This document shows, in pieces, positions 31,631 through 46,200 of a stretch of 64,000 nucleotides of DNA. The notes below the pieces were generated by a model. That model did not search any database. It was not told the DNA's origin and saw only the letters and a program-made list of their open reading frames with translations. Each line of letters begins with the position of its first letter. The first letter of the stretch is position 1. The stretch is from the human T2T-CHM13v2.0 reference genome, Homo sapiens. Position numbers and translations under genes: made by a program. The stretch lies in assembly GCF_009914755.1 (NCBI RefSeq), contig NC_060936.1. One strand, 5' to 3'.

Positions 31631-33111
31631 TCCTAAATTTTAATAGCTTAAAGCAACAGAGGTTTATTTGTGCTCACACTGCCTGTCTGACACAGATCAG
31701 TTGGAGAATTTTGCTCTGGGTCACTTTGGGAGCCAGGATGATGGAGCAGCCACCATCACCATGGCATAGAAAGGGAGAGTGTGAAGTCTTGTGTTCTTAG
31801 AGCTTCTGATTCAAATGAGCACATAATTCCACCCGTGTTTCATTGGCAAATTCAAATGGACAGTAAAATACAATCAAACTGTGTGCTCAAAAAGAGTGCT
31901 TGTGAGGAAATTTTATTTATTTAATGCCATCCTTATGAATTCTTTGGAAAAAAAATTTTTTATAGCTAAGAAAATGGAAGTACTCCAACTTGTTTTTAAC
32001 CAATATAGGGTCCAATTCATCACGTTATCTGTTACATAATATTTTATACTGTGGACCTGTACCAAGTTCATTGGGCCATTTCCTAACTAATGGATATTTA
32101 GATAGTTTTTATCTTTTCCTATTAGAAACAATGCTTTGATGAATATCCTTCATGAACTGATGACCTTGTTTGGGCATCTCTCTCAGTAAAGATACCCATA
32201 GGTGGAGTTACTGAGCAGTCAGTTTTTTTTTTTTTAAATCAATCAGAGATTCCTTATTTCCTACATTCTTCTCTGTAAAGTGAAAGTAATAATAGAAGCA
32301 ACCTCATTAATTAATATGAAGCCCTTGTCACAATCCCGAGCACATAGCAGATGCTCTCTTGTATGAGAGCTATTATTATTCTTTTCTCTCAAATGTGGTA
32401 CCAGATTGTGATGTTCTCTTTTGCCTTTGTATTTTCTGTGGGTAGTTCACCTCGTCCAATGGGGTTTCAGATTCCCAACGTGGAAGGAGTTGCTGCTATC
32501 TTTCCTTTGTAAAACAAGGTACTTTAAGGCAATGTGTTCTTCAGTTCTTTCTAGATCTAAGATATCCCTAAGATTCAACTGACTCTACGGATTAGAAGCT
32601 AACAGAACTATTGTCACGTAAGGAATCGTGACCATTTGAGAAACAAGAAGAGGAAAGGAGAGACTGTCAATATTTAGGGCTGCTCACTCGCTGATGTAAG
32701 AATCCTTCTCATGGACATAGAGTATGAGGCTGTTGCTCACCCTGGTAAAACTTCAGCGGGTCATAAAGGGTGTTGAAGATGCCCTGTATTATATCTACTT
32801 CTTGGAGTTTATATTCTGCCAAATTTTTTCTCATTGGCAAAATTGTTGTCCATCTTTCACAAAACACTGAATCATCACTGACATTGAGGAGTGGTATGAG
32901 CCTTTCTACTGATATCTGTACTGATGTTCCCAACACATGAAATGCCAGGACATATGGCATTACCTCACTATTCAGAATAACATGGAATCTTTTGTTTGTT
33001 TGTTTTCACTATGCAGTGGCTTTCAGTTGATCCACAAGGGTTGGCAACCATCAACACTAATTCTAGAATATTTCCATCACTCCTCCAATGAAATCCCAAA
33101 CCTATTAGCTG

Positions 33112-33113
<2 letters not shown>

Positions 33114-33165
<52 letters not shown>
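33114..33165. repeat. (AT)26 perfect microsatellite
   Basis: 52 nt of uninterrupted AT alternation. Confidence 0.97.
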
Positions 33166-33168
<3 letters not shown>

Positions 33169-36100
33169 GGAGTAGAGTTGCTAGGTCATATGGTAATTCT
33201 CTGTTTAACCTTTTGAGGAAGCACCAAACTTTTCCACAGCAGTCACACAATTTTACACCCCACAGACAATGTATGAGAGTTCCAATTTCCACACATTCTT
33301 GCCAGTCAACACTTGTTATTTTATGTCTTTTTATTTAAAGTTGTCCTAGTCAGTGTGAAGTGGTATCTCTTTTTGGTTTACATTTCCTTAATGAAGTTGA
33401 GCATCTTTTCATGTGTTTATTGGCCACTTGTATTAATATATCTTCTTTTGGAAAATGTCTATTCAAATCCTATCCCCTCATTTTTAATTTGGGTATTTGT
33501 CTATTTTGTGTGGTATAATACTTCTGCATATATTCCAAACATTAGACCCTTATCAAATATATTATTTGCAAATATTTTCTCCCATTTGTGGATTGTCCTT
33601 TTACTTTCTTGGTGGTATCCCTTGAAGCACAAATGTTTTTAATTTCTATAAAGTACAATTTATCTATTTTTCTTTGTTGGTTGTGCTTTAGGTGTCATAT
33701 CTAAGCAATATTTGCTGAGTCTGAAGTCATGAAGATTTATACCTAAGTTTTCTTTAAAGAGTTTAATGGTTTGAGTGCTTAAATTTATGTCTTTGATATA
33801 TTTTGAATTAAATTTTGAATGTGGTGTGAGGTATGGACCCAACTTTGTTCTTTTTTATGTGGATATCCGGTTATCCCAGCATCATTTGTTGAAAAAACTA
33901 TTATTTCACTATTGAATTATCTTGAAATCCTTGTTGAAAATCAATCTGCTGAAAATGAGAGAATTTATTTCTGGAAAGTCAATTCTAATCAGGAAGTGTG
34001 AGCCTTCCAACTGTTATTTATCCAGATTGCTATGGCTATTCTGCCTCTTTCATCTCCATATGAATTTTAACACTAGCTTGTGTACTTCTGGAAAAAAGGC
34101 AGCTGGAATTTTGATAGCAATTACATTGAATCTATATATTTATTTGGGGAGTGTTGACATCTTAACAATATTAAGTTTTCCAATCTATGAACGTAGGATA
34201 CATTTTATTTATTTATTTAGGTATTTTTAAAATTTTTTCAACAATACTTTGTGAGACATTTAAGTTTAACCAACTACTTTCATTAAACTTATTTCCAAGT
34301 AATGTATTAATTTCGATGCTGTTATAAAGATAATTAGTTTCTTAATTTCATTTATGTATTGTTCATTACAGATAAAATTGAGTTTTAGATTTTCATCTTG
34401 TATCCTGAAATTTGCTGAACTCCTTTATTAGCTTTAATGGTTTGCTTGTGGATTTCTGGAATTTTCTAGGTATGGGATCATGTCATCTGCAAATAGGTAT
34501 AGTTTTACTTCTTCATTTCCAGTTTGGATTCATTTTAATTAATCCCCCCCACCCCGCCCCAATTACCTTGGCTAGAACCTCCAGTACAACACTGGATAGA
34601 AGTGGTGAGAGTCATCTTTGTCTCGTTCCTGATCTTAAGAAAGCTTACAGTCTTTTACCACTGTGATATTAGCTGTATGTTCTCCATAGATGGCCTTTAT
34701 TATGTTGAGGAAGTTCCCATCAATTCCTAATTTATTGAGTAGTTTTATCATTAAAAGGTGTTGGATTTTGTCAAATGCTTTTTTTCACATGTCTTGAGAT
34801 GATCCAGACATACATTTTGGTCCTTTGTTCTATAATTAAGGTATATTACATTGATTAATTTTCATATGTTGAACCAATCCTGCATCCCTGGGATAATTCC
34901 CACTTGTTATGGTGTTTAGTCCTTTAAAAAAATGTTGCTTGCATTTGTTTGCTAGTATTTTGCGTGTGTGTGTGGCAGGGGGGTGGGGTTGGCATCTATA
35001 ATCATTAGGGATATTGGCCTGTAGTTTTCTTTTCCTGTGATGCCTTTCTTTTTTTTTTTTTAAATTAGGGTAATACTGGCCTCATAGAATTAGCTGGGAA
35101 CTGTTTCATCTTCTAATTTTGTGAAGAATTTCTAAAAATTAATATTACTCTTTCTTCAATCTTTTGTTAGACTTTATTAATGAAGCCATCTGGTCCTGAG
35201 CTTTTCTTTGTGGAAAGTTTATTTTTAAATTATTAGTTCAATCTCTTTATCAGTTATAGATATTGAAATTCCAATTTCCTCTTGAGCCAGTTTTGGTAGT
35301 TTTTGTCTTTTTATGAATTTGCTCTTTTCATCTAGGTCATCTAGTTTTTGGCATATGCTCTAGTATTCCTCTATAATTTTTTTTCCTGTAAGACTGAGCC
35401 CCTTTTTAATTCCTTATTTTAGAAATCTGAATCTCCTCTGCACTGCTCCACTCATCAGTCTGGCTAAAGTTTTGTCAGCTTTAAAATTTTTCCAAGTAAC
35501 TTACTTTTGGTTTCATTGCATTGGTTTTCTGTATTATATGTCATTTATTATTTTGTATTAATGTATAAATATTATGAAATATAATATCTAATAATATTCA
35601 ACATAACATTATTTAATAGTAAATACCAATATTTAATATAAATAATGTGATATAATATTTATATTATTATTAAACTATACTTAACATTTTTTCTACTCTA
35701 TTATTATTGTCTTCCTTGCTCTTGTTCTAGGTTTAGTTTGCTCTTTTTTCTCTAGTTCTCTAAGGTAGAAGGCTAGGTTATTAATTTGAGATATTTAAAT
35801 TTTCCCATATAGGCATTTACTGCTATACATTTCCCTCTAGATACTACTTTTAATACATCTCATAAGTTTTGGCATGTTGTGTTTTCATTTTTACTCATCT
35901 CATAGTATTTTCTGATTTCTCTTGTGATTTATTTTTTGAAACATTGGTTGTTTAAAAGAGGATTGTTTAATTTCCGAATGTTTACAGATATTCTTAATTT
36001 CCACCCTATCCTTTTCTAATTTCATTCTATTGATATCAGGTAATTTACTTTGTACAATTTCAGTCCTTTCAAATTTGTTGAGACTTGTTTAATGGCCTGA

Positions 36101-37445
36101 CCTGTGGTATGTCCTAGAGAATGCTCCATGTAAATGCAGTAACAATGTGTATTCTGCTGTTGCTGGCTACTGTGTTCTATAGATGTCTGTTATGTCTTGT
36201 TTCTTTATAGTATTGTTAAAGTCTTCCTTTTCCTTGTTGATCTTATGACTAGTTGTTCTGTTAATTACTGAAAGTGGAACATTGAAGTCTCCAACTCTTA
36301 TTGTTGGATTTTTTATTTCTTCCTTCAACTGTGTCAGTTTTGACCTCATGTATTTTGGGGATTTGTTGTTAGGTGCATCTGTTTTATAATTGTTATATTT
36401 TCTTGTTGATTGACTCATTTTATACAACATTCATCTTTGTGTCTGTTTTTGTCATACAAATTGCATCTTTCTGCAAGATGTGTGTCCATGAACAAACATC
36501 TATAATTATTCCTTTATGCAGTTCTCCTTTAAATAAGATAGAAGAAATGTAATGTCCCAAACAAAAATATGTTTGTACTGTCTTTTGTATTTATCAATGT
36601 AGTTACATTTACTGGTGCTCTCTATACCTTCATGTGTAATTAAGTTACTGTCTAGTGTCCCTTCATTTGAGCCTAGAGGTCTTCTTTTGGTATTTCTTGG
36701 AAGATGAGTCTGTTAGTGAAGAACTCTCTCACTTTCTGTTTTTCTTGGTTTGTGACAATTTCTTCATTTTATTTTGAAAGACAGGTTTTCTGGATATAAA
36801 ATTCTTGGTTGACAGTCTTTTTTCTTCCACCACATTGAATGTGTCATCCTTCTACCTTTTTGCCTCCAGTTTCTGATAATACAACAGGTCTTAGTCTTAT
36901 TGAAGATTGCTTGTATATAATGAGGTATTTTTGTCTTGCTGTTTTCAATATTATATGGTATTTTGGTATTTGACAGTTTGATTATGATGTATCTAGGTGC
37001 GGATCTCTCTGAGTTTATTCTATTTTGAGTTCGCTGAACTCTTGGACGTGCAGATTAATGTTTTTAATAAAATCTGGGACACCTTTGCCATTAATTACTC
37101 AAATATTGTTTCTTCCTTTTTCTCTGCCTCCTTTTCTTCTGGGACTGCAATTGTGCTTATGCTGGTATGCTTGATGGCATCACAGAAATCTCTGATGCTG
37201 TATTTATACTATTTTTGTTCATTCTATTTTCTTTATACTCCTCTCATTTTAATTTTAATTAGCCTATCTTTATATTCACTGATTCTTTTTTTCTGTCTGC
37301 TCAAATCTGCTGTTGAGCCCCATGAGTGAATTTTCCATTTCGGCTATTGCACTTTTCAACTTTAGAATTTCTAATTGATTATTTAAGAAAATAATTTATA
37401 TCTATTGATATTCTCTCTTTGGTGAGACAGCTTTCTCATACTTGC

Positions 37446-37743
<298 letters not shown>

Positions 37744-40353
37744 TTTCATACTTTCTTTTAGTACTTTAGATGTGATTTTATTTCTTTGAATATATTCAAA
37801 ACATTTAATTAAAAATAATTGTCATCTTTGTGTAGTAGGTCCAATACCTTAGCTTTCTCAGGGAAAATTTGCTTGATTGCTTTTTGTCCTGTGTATGGAC
37901 CATATTTTCTTGCTTTTTTGCATGTCTCATAAGTTTTTTTTCAAAGCTGGACATTTAAAATAATATAATGTGGCAACTCTTGGAATCAGATTCTCCTTCC
38001 CTCCCCAAGTTTGTTTTTGTTGTTTGTTGTAGTAGCTGTTGATTGCTTAGTGACTTTTATAAACTAATTCTGTAAAGTCTATAAAGTCTCTGCTTGGTTA
38101 GCTTGGTGGTCAGCCAATGATTAGGCAGAGTTTTCTTTAAATACCTGACACCTGCCTTAGCTTTCACTTCCTTCTTCCACAGAGCCTCAAAATCAACCAG
38201 AGGTGAAAGCTTAGGTCTATTCTCTGATCTTTCCTGTGTATGAGCACAGCTCTAGGCATGCACACAGCCCTAAGTATGATTATGATCTTATAGATTCCCA
38301 GGAATATGTCATAGCCTTTCAAAGACCCTATGGACATCTCATTCTTCATCTTTTCCTTTGAAGCTTTTTGATTAAACTGTTATCCACTGCTTCAGGCAGC
38401 TAAAAGTCAAACAGTTGCCTGGCAAGTATCTCTAGGGAAAGAGCTTTCCATACTGGGTGAACTGAGAGTGAAGCCAAATACCGACAACCTTGCAAGTGGG
38501 TTTTTTCAGGGAACCATTAGACAAGTCGATAAATGACTATTATTTGGGAATGAGGTTTTGAAAGATCTCCAGCCCTGACCTGACCCCTCCAGTGGCTTCT
38601 AGACTGCTGGTTTTTACTGTCAATGTAGGCTGTTATTTTTTAAAGATACTACAGCACTAGAAAGTGTGAGATTTAAGCAGGTCAGGTTAAAATGGCACAA
38701 AGTTCTGTTTTTACCAATAATTAGCCATTTTTTCTTGAATAAATGATCTCCTGGTTGCCTATAAACCTTTGGTTTATTTCCAGAGTTAAAAAAGTTGATC
38801 TTGACAGGAGAAGGGAATTTTCTGATGTTTTGACTGCCATTTTCACTGACATCACCCTAACGTGCAACATTAATGGAAGCACATAGTCATAAAGGACTAT
38901 AAATATGCTTCAAGGCATGAAACCTAGAACTCACACAAATAAGAGCAGAATAAAATACTTTGTTTTTTGATAGGTTAGGAATTTTTAGCATCTCTGGGAT
39001 CAGGGGACGATTTCAATGTAATATTTACCATGCTAAATTGCTTTCTCATTGTGCTAGGTAAGTAGGAATTGCCTTTGGGATTTTTGAGAGACTGTTGATG
39101 GAAACAGGATAAAAAAGGTATGAAAATCTCAGCTACCCATGAAAAAGCTGAAGGAGGAAACATGGTTGCAAAGTTATGTGTAATAGAATCATAAGTTTGC
39201 ATCAGTTATGATTTATTATAAAAATTAAAGTCACCTTTCTTGAAACTCAGTTTGGGAAATATATTGTAATGTCTTCTTTGAAGGCTGTGAGCTTCTACAA
39301 GGTGGAGATTGATGTTTAACCTTTTCTCTTTCCCTAGTGTCTAACCTGTTACTTGTCCTCATGTGTTAAGAATTTTAGTTGCAACTGACAACCCAACTCA
39401 AACTAACTTTAGTAAAACAGTTAATTTTGTATACCTACATTTCCAAAGATAACAGACTTCAGGTATAGTTGGATTCAGGAACCTGGAAATCTTTCCCAGG
39501 AATATTTCTAGCTCCTACTCTTGTCTGATTTTCTTTGTTTGGGCTTCACTTGAATCTGTCTTTGTGGGCCAAGGGCTGGAATACCTGGATTGACTGTATT
39601 TTGGTCATGTGCTTTTCTGCGAAGTCTGACTGGGTGTTCTGGGATCAGCGCCACCCAGTCCACATTCACTGATGGCAGGAATCGGGTGATACAGAGAGAA
39701 AAAAAATGAAACATTGTCACTAAAGAGGAAGGAAGAGGGATGCTCATTAGACAAAATCAATGCCTGCCCACCACACACAAAAAATACCTGTACTGATTTT
39801 TTTTTTTTTCAGCTGCATGATTGAGTTGAACTTAGCAGTTTGTTCTGGGACTATGATACAATCTCTGTTCCTTGTATTCATGAGATTACTCCCACTTCCA
39901 TATCATTACCCCACCTAGGTGAGTTCTCATCTCAACTTCCACAGTGCTTCCAGTCCTATGTGCTTTAATATAAATATATGTAAGTGTGCACAGAATTAAG
40001 CTCCCCGGGCAGAGGGGAGTGCTCAGGAACATGGAGTACAGTTCTGTTCTTTTGGATTTATCTCTTTAAAATTTCATCCAGAATAGGGGACACATGTAAA
40101 AAACAAACTTAATTTTTCACATTTCTTAGATTGGGTTGTTATTGTTTTTAGGTATTCATTACAAAGTTGATGTTTTCTGTTAACAAGTAGCTATTATTTG
40201 CAGGTTTAATATCAACAAAAAATAAATCATCTATAAAATGGGAATAATATCCGTAACTACCTTGGGAGAGCTGAGAAAACTGAATGAGGATGTAATGACA
40301 TATAAAACACATAGAACATTTCCTGTTCCATACATAATAGCTAAGTTTTAGCA

Positions 40354-40395
<42 letters not shown>
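40354..40395. repeat. (ATT)n microsatellite at the end of a MIR-like fragment
   Basis: About 14 ATT units. Confidence 0.93.
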
Positions 40396-40397
<2 letters not shown>

Positions 40398-40989
40398 AGG
40401 TTGACTCCATCTCTTACTCTATTAAGCCTTCACAATCAAGTTTGGAATAGAGAGTGCGGGGCCGACTATAGAATCCACATAGTGCCTGAGCTAAGGTTAG
40501 GGACTCCAAATGTGAAAGCAATACTCAAGTAATGATCTCACTGATACAGTCTGGGAGACACTGAAATAATTATCTAGTTGGATCATTCTAGTGAGGCCAA
40601 TTATGGAATGTTTGGTGAACTCTCATTGCTGGGCTGTGTTGCCCAGGTGTCTACCATCTTCTCTGGTTGACTCTCTTTCTCTTCAGGCAAGTGCGAAGTG
40701 GCATCTCTGCCACAGTCCCCTTGTGAATCTACTCAGTGGTTCTTTAATTCACTCATGGAGCAAATACTGTAGAGAACTTACTGTAACAGCTGGATTTATT
40801 GCATGCTTGTTGCCCATTATGTACCAGTTCTGTTCTAAGCTTTGTACATTGATTGATTTATTAAATTTTCATAAGGTCCCCATACAGGAGCTGTTTTTAT
40901 TATCCCCGTTTTCCAGATCAGAGAACCCAGGTACAGGGGAAGTACCCTGTGGTAGATGCTGTTGATGGGATGTAAATGGGCTCAACTGT

Positions 40990-41320
40990 GGTGAGGGACA
41001 GAAAGACAGGAGCAGGAGAGAGAGTAAAAGGTGAGAAGGTCAGATCATTCCATGTCCATGAGTTTGGATTTTATCTTAAGAATAGCAGGACACTTTCAAA
41101 GAGTTATAATCTAGGAAAGAAATAATCTGCATTATATTGAAACAAAAAGATAATTTTGTTGTAAAGAGAATGAACACAGGGAAACCAGTTGGGGAGGGCA
41201 TTGTGGTTGTCCAGCTGAGAGAAGATGGCTTGAGTAGGGAAGTTGGCAGTGGGGATGGCAAATATTTGACAGACTGAGATAAACTATGAACATATATTAG
41301 AACCTACAGAACTCTGAGGG
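40990..41320 (-). mobile_element. L2 fragment
   Basis: gagtttggattttatct...gtccagctgagagaagatggcttgagtagg. Confidence 0.65.
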
Positions 41321-41935
41321 GATCAATCAACAGAAGAAGTGAGAAACGCACATGTCAGCATTTAAAAATACCTGGGTTTGGAGGGAGATCTCTGGAGATT
41401 CTGGAGGTGTCGGGGAGGTGGGGTGTGGCAGTCAGCTTGGGTGTGTAGAGGTTCGTAATGTTCAACTTGTGCTCTTCTGTTGTTTCTGCTGTTGTCTTTC
41501 CTAGTTTAAAATCACAATGAAGTCTATGTTCACTATGTTAATAAGCCCAGAATATAGGCATTCACTTCCCAAATGATCCTTGAGCCGAGATTTGAAAAAT
41601 ACTGAAAGGAACTCGTGTGCTATGTGTGAGTCTGTGGGACTGAGGGCGGCGGGGATGGAGTAAGGGAGAGGAGGTCAGGGAGAGGGAGAATGACCCTGCA
41701 CCTGGGGACTGGGAAGACATTCCAACCAACCATCAGGTTTGATTATCTCAGTCTGGGATGAAACACCGATTGGAAACTTCCATTTTGTGTGAGCTTTGTG
41801 GCTTTGTCCCTTCAGACAACTGTCTAAATCGCAGAACGAGAATGAAGGCAGTAGGGAGCTTGGTGGACACCCCTCTCCTGCTCGCCCCTGTGGTATGCAC
41901 GTTTGCTGATCTGAGCCCTCTCCTCTCCTGTTTAG

Positions 41936-42163
<228 letters not shown>

Positions 42164-42503
42164 TGAGCATCCCATGCTCTAAAGGGCTGGAGGCCAGAAT
42201 GACCTCACGAAGGAGGAAACAGCTGACCGCAGAGACTCCCTGGAATCAGCAGGCGGCTGCAGCAGGTGATGCTGCTTCCCTCTCCCTGGAAAGGGGAATC
42301 CCTGACCCTTAATCTCCAGCAGAAAGAATTTATTCTCCTCCCCTTCTTGTCTCCCCTATTCTTCTCTCTATCTTTCCTCGTAAGACAATATTTTCCTAAC
42401 TTTAGCAATCCAAATAAGACCTTCTCATTTTTTGCAAACTCACTGTGCCTAATAATATTATTTACTCAATATATTTTCTTTAAATGCCTTGCTTCTTTCG
42501 GGT

Positions 42504-42542
42504 AGCCAGTTAGCTCAGTGGGTTAGAGTGTGGTGCTAATAA
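42504..42542 (+). pseudogene. 5'-half tRNA-Ile(AAT) retropseudogene (tailless)
   Basis: AGCCAGTTAGCTCAGTGGGTTAGAGTGTGGTGCTAATAA matches the first 39 nt of recalled human tRNA-Ile-AAT at 35/39, two differences being CpG decay. It stops at the anticodon loop, with no T arm or B box. Confidence 0.85.
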
Positions 42543-44518
42543 ATGCATTACTTTTTCAAACTTAAAAACTAATTTAGCTTCATTATAAGACAATAAAGTC
42601 CGTGAGCTTGGTGTATTACATTTTTTGTTAATATGCATTAAAATAAATAACTATTCAAATAAAATTAAGTTCACCCATGTGCCACCTAACTGAACTTGAA
42701 TATAACCAGTGGGATACAGTTTAGGAAATGGGACATTTCTGCTAGATTCTTCACTCAAATTAGCTATGTTTCTGACTCCAAATTCTGCTAGGAACCAGAC
42801 AATATTTTTTTCATGCTCTCTGAAGGGGTCTTTTTGAACCACCAAATTTAATATTTCTGCCTATTTTTTCTTAGCACATTGGTTGCTATTGCTTTTGCAG
42901 CAGAGACCTCAGGGAGAAAGGATTTGAATTTTTAGAATGACTGATCCTTCCTCCTTTAAATTATTAAGAGAGCCCCAAAGTCCAATCTATTCAGCTATTT
43001 TAGAAAAATACAATAACTCAGAGTTCTGCCCTTCCTCACATTCTACAAGCTCTTGTTTAGAGGTTACATGAAACTTGGTCTCAGTATTGAAAACTTCGTG
43101 GTAGACAGGAAAACCTTTAGGGGTTTCCCTATAGTAGAAAAGGTCTGGGAGGGGTTGATTTCTTCTTGTTGTGACCTACAGGATGCTGTGTCTTAAGCAA
43201 GAGACAGTTTCGGAAAAAAAGACTGATGTATTCGTGAGGTCTAATTAACAAAGAAATTAATTCCTAGGAAACTCAAGTTTGGCATAGACTCTTTCCTGGA
43301 CATGGAATGCTCATCGTCCTTAGATATGGAAGGTGGACTGGCTTAAAACCTGCACACATAGCCCTGCCTGGGGTTCCTGGTGGTCCTTGTATTCCGTAGG
43401 CAGGTTTGATTAAATATATGGCCTTAAATATTCAGAGTTTAGAAAGAGCTGAGCCAAGTCACAGGAGATTATCTGCACCAATGACAAATATGGATGATGA
43501 ACTGCTGTTGGTTGCTATTGACAATGCGCAAGTTTTACACTATTTTTACTATTCCCATGTCATTCTAGAAAGGAGACACTGATAAGAGATGGTATCTGTA
43601 TGCTTACGTCATAATGGGCTCAAACAAATGATTCAGTCTGTAGTTTCCTAAGCCTTTTGTTCTGACCTAAGAGCCTGCTATGAAGCCCCATGGGGTGGAA
43701 TCCTCCTTCTCTTGCCCTGAAGAGCTCTACTCTAGAGGGGCAGGTCCAAGTTCACAGATCCCGTTATTGCCATATACCTGGTTTTCTCCACTCCACACAA
43801 ATGTACTAAAAGTATCCTCTGCTCATCCTCATAGACGTTGTTTTGGAAGATGATACCTTTTTGCTCAGCTGTCACCTATATAGCCTCAGGAGGATGGGGA
43901 TTCGTCTAACAAATTATTGCCCAGTCTTCAGAGGAACAAAGTGAAACCTGCAGATCGCAAGCTCAGAGCTGTATTCACACTTTTTAAGGGGATTCCAGGA
44001 CTGTTGCAAGTTTGGGGGCTTGTGTCAATTGAGGCGATTTAATTAAATGGCTGTGATGCATTTACTATGGCTTCAGTGTCAATGTTTGTAGTAAATTTTA
44101 CTATAACTCCAAGTTGAATGGAGTTGTCCACAGAGCTATGACCTTGGCATCATCCCAGGGACATCCTCAAATACATGGCACATTCATTAGCACCCTTTGG
44201 AGAGATCCTCTGAGTCTGTGGAGTTGTCACACAGTCATACTTCAGAGTACAGAAAACACTGAATGATTTTTAGGGAGAGTCTTGCAGGGCTCACCAAAGA
44301 TCTTTGTGCCTTGGAACCATGAGTTAGATAAGGGAAAAACGTGAATTTAGAAAGATGTAAGTTATGGTAATATCCAAACAAATGAACTTGTTTGGCCTGT
44401 GATTGTATGACTTTTGCGGGACAGAATCAGAGGACATACATGATTTTGAAAAGCTGGAACCTTGGCCTAATCTGGCAAGATTAAAAGAGATAAATGTAAA
44501 ATTTCAAGTTGACAACTA

Positions 44519-45254
44519 TAGTAGTCCTTCCTTATCTGTGGTTTCACTTTCCGTGGTTTCATTTCACTGTGGTCAATCACAGTCCAAAAACGTTAAATGA
44601 AAATTTTCAGAAAGAAGCAATTCATGTTTTAAATTGTGTACTGTTCTGAGTATCGTGAAGAAATCTTGAGTCTTCCTGCTCCATCCCACCTGGGTTGTAA
44701 CTCATGACTTTGTCTGGCATATCCATGCTGTAGATACCACCCACTTCTGAGTCATTTAGTAGCTGCCTGGGTGATCAAATAGACTGTCGCGGTATCACAG
44801 TGCTTGTGTTCAAGTCACCCTTATGTTATTTACAAATGACCCCAAAGTATAAGAGTAGTGATGCTGGCAATTCGGCTAGACCAACAAGAAGTCATAAAGT
44901 GCTTCTTTTAAGTGAAAAGGTGAGAGTTCTTGACTTAATAAGGAAGGAAAAAGATCATATGCTGGAGTTACTAAGATCTACAGTCAGAGCGAATCGTCTA
45001 TCCATGAAATCGTGATGAAGGAAAAAACATTCATCGTAGTTTTGCTGTCACATCTCAAATACAAAAGTTAAGGCCACAGTGTGTGATAAATTCTTCATTA
45101 AGATGTGAAAAGACATTAAATTTAGGTGAAAGACATGAACAGAAACTTGTTCTGCTGGATGACAATCTGATTCAGTTCTATCTGTGGTTTCAGGCATCCA
45201 CTGGGAGTCTTAGACTATATTACCCATGGATGGGAGGAGACTGGGAGACTGCTG
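44519..45254 (+). mobile_element. MER44 (Tigger7 derivative)
   Basis: agtagtccttccttatctgtggtttcactttcc start; remnant MTPKYKSSDAGNS...KVLLLSEKVRVLDLIRKEK; ends actgctg|ta. Confidence 0.85.
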
Positions 45255-45427
45255 TACTTTTAGGTTAAAAAAAAAAAAAAACAAGTAGAGGATTGTGTGT
45301 GTGTGTGTGTGCGCACACACACAAGAAGCCTTAGCGTTTTTATCAGTATTGGGATCCAGTGAGTCAACTGTTTGATAAGGCTGCTACAGGTTGATTTTTA
45401 TTAGCATGAATGGGTGTGTGCCTCAGA

Positions 45428-45775
45428 GCAGAGGTCACAGGCAGGCAGTCTGCAGACCAGATCTGACCCAGAAGTGTGTGGGGGGTGCGGGGAGGGTCTG
45501 CATAGTTTAAAAATTGTTACTTAATTTGTTGCCCCCATGTAAAAATTGGCAAGTTCGCACAGAAATCTGGATTTACAGTTTCTTATGAAAAATCACAGGA
45601 CCAGGTGGTCCTGGGTCTCCATGATTTCCTGTGAACCTCGTCTGGAGTTGAAGAGAGGATGCTCCTCTGCATAAAACCTGTGCCCTCCAGCTCACTGTAG
45701 TCTCCACCACTCCCTTTTGTCTTTCACATGGAGGTTGAAGGATATTTGTCATTTCTGGTCACACTTGTGCTCCTA
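45428..45775 (+). mobile_element. hAT-Charlie element (MER102-like)
   Basis: cagaggtcaca...aaatctggatttacagtttcttatgaaaaatc motifs. Confidence 0.55.
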
Positions 45776-45949
45776 GTTTTTGATAGTGGATTTCAGAGGA
45801 AGGTGAGATATTTTTTGTACTCCAGTCTCTAAAAATAAATAAGCAACAAATGATAGACTTCACTCTCTCACTCTGATGGAGAATTCTGTATCTTTCTAGG
45901 CCGTAAGAAGAACAATAAAAAATTGGGTTGTGCTCTGCCAAAAAGTGTC

Positions 45950-46200
45950 TGAGAGGCTGAGGACTCTTGAAATCAAATCACAGGAGAAATGATTGAAGGA
46001 AGTGTGAGTGTTAAGCCTATTGATGAGAAGAAAAGGCTCAGGGGTGAGGTGGAGAGGGAGACATGACAGCTTTTTGTAAGTCTTTCAAGGGCCATCATGT
46101 GGAAGATGGAGTAGCTTTGTGCTTTTTAGATTCCAAGAATGGAAGGTGAAAGGTACCAGTTTTAGCTCAATATAAAGAAAAAGACTGCAGAGGTAGTGAG
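45950..46200 (+). mobile_element. CR1/L3 fragment
   Basis: agaagaaaaggctcagggg...gacatgacagc...aagggccatcatgtggaagatgga. Confidence 0.55.

Noticed and set aside
42504-42580. Functional tRNA-Ile gene
   Set aside because: The 3' half (T arm, B box, acceptor 3' strand) is absent.
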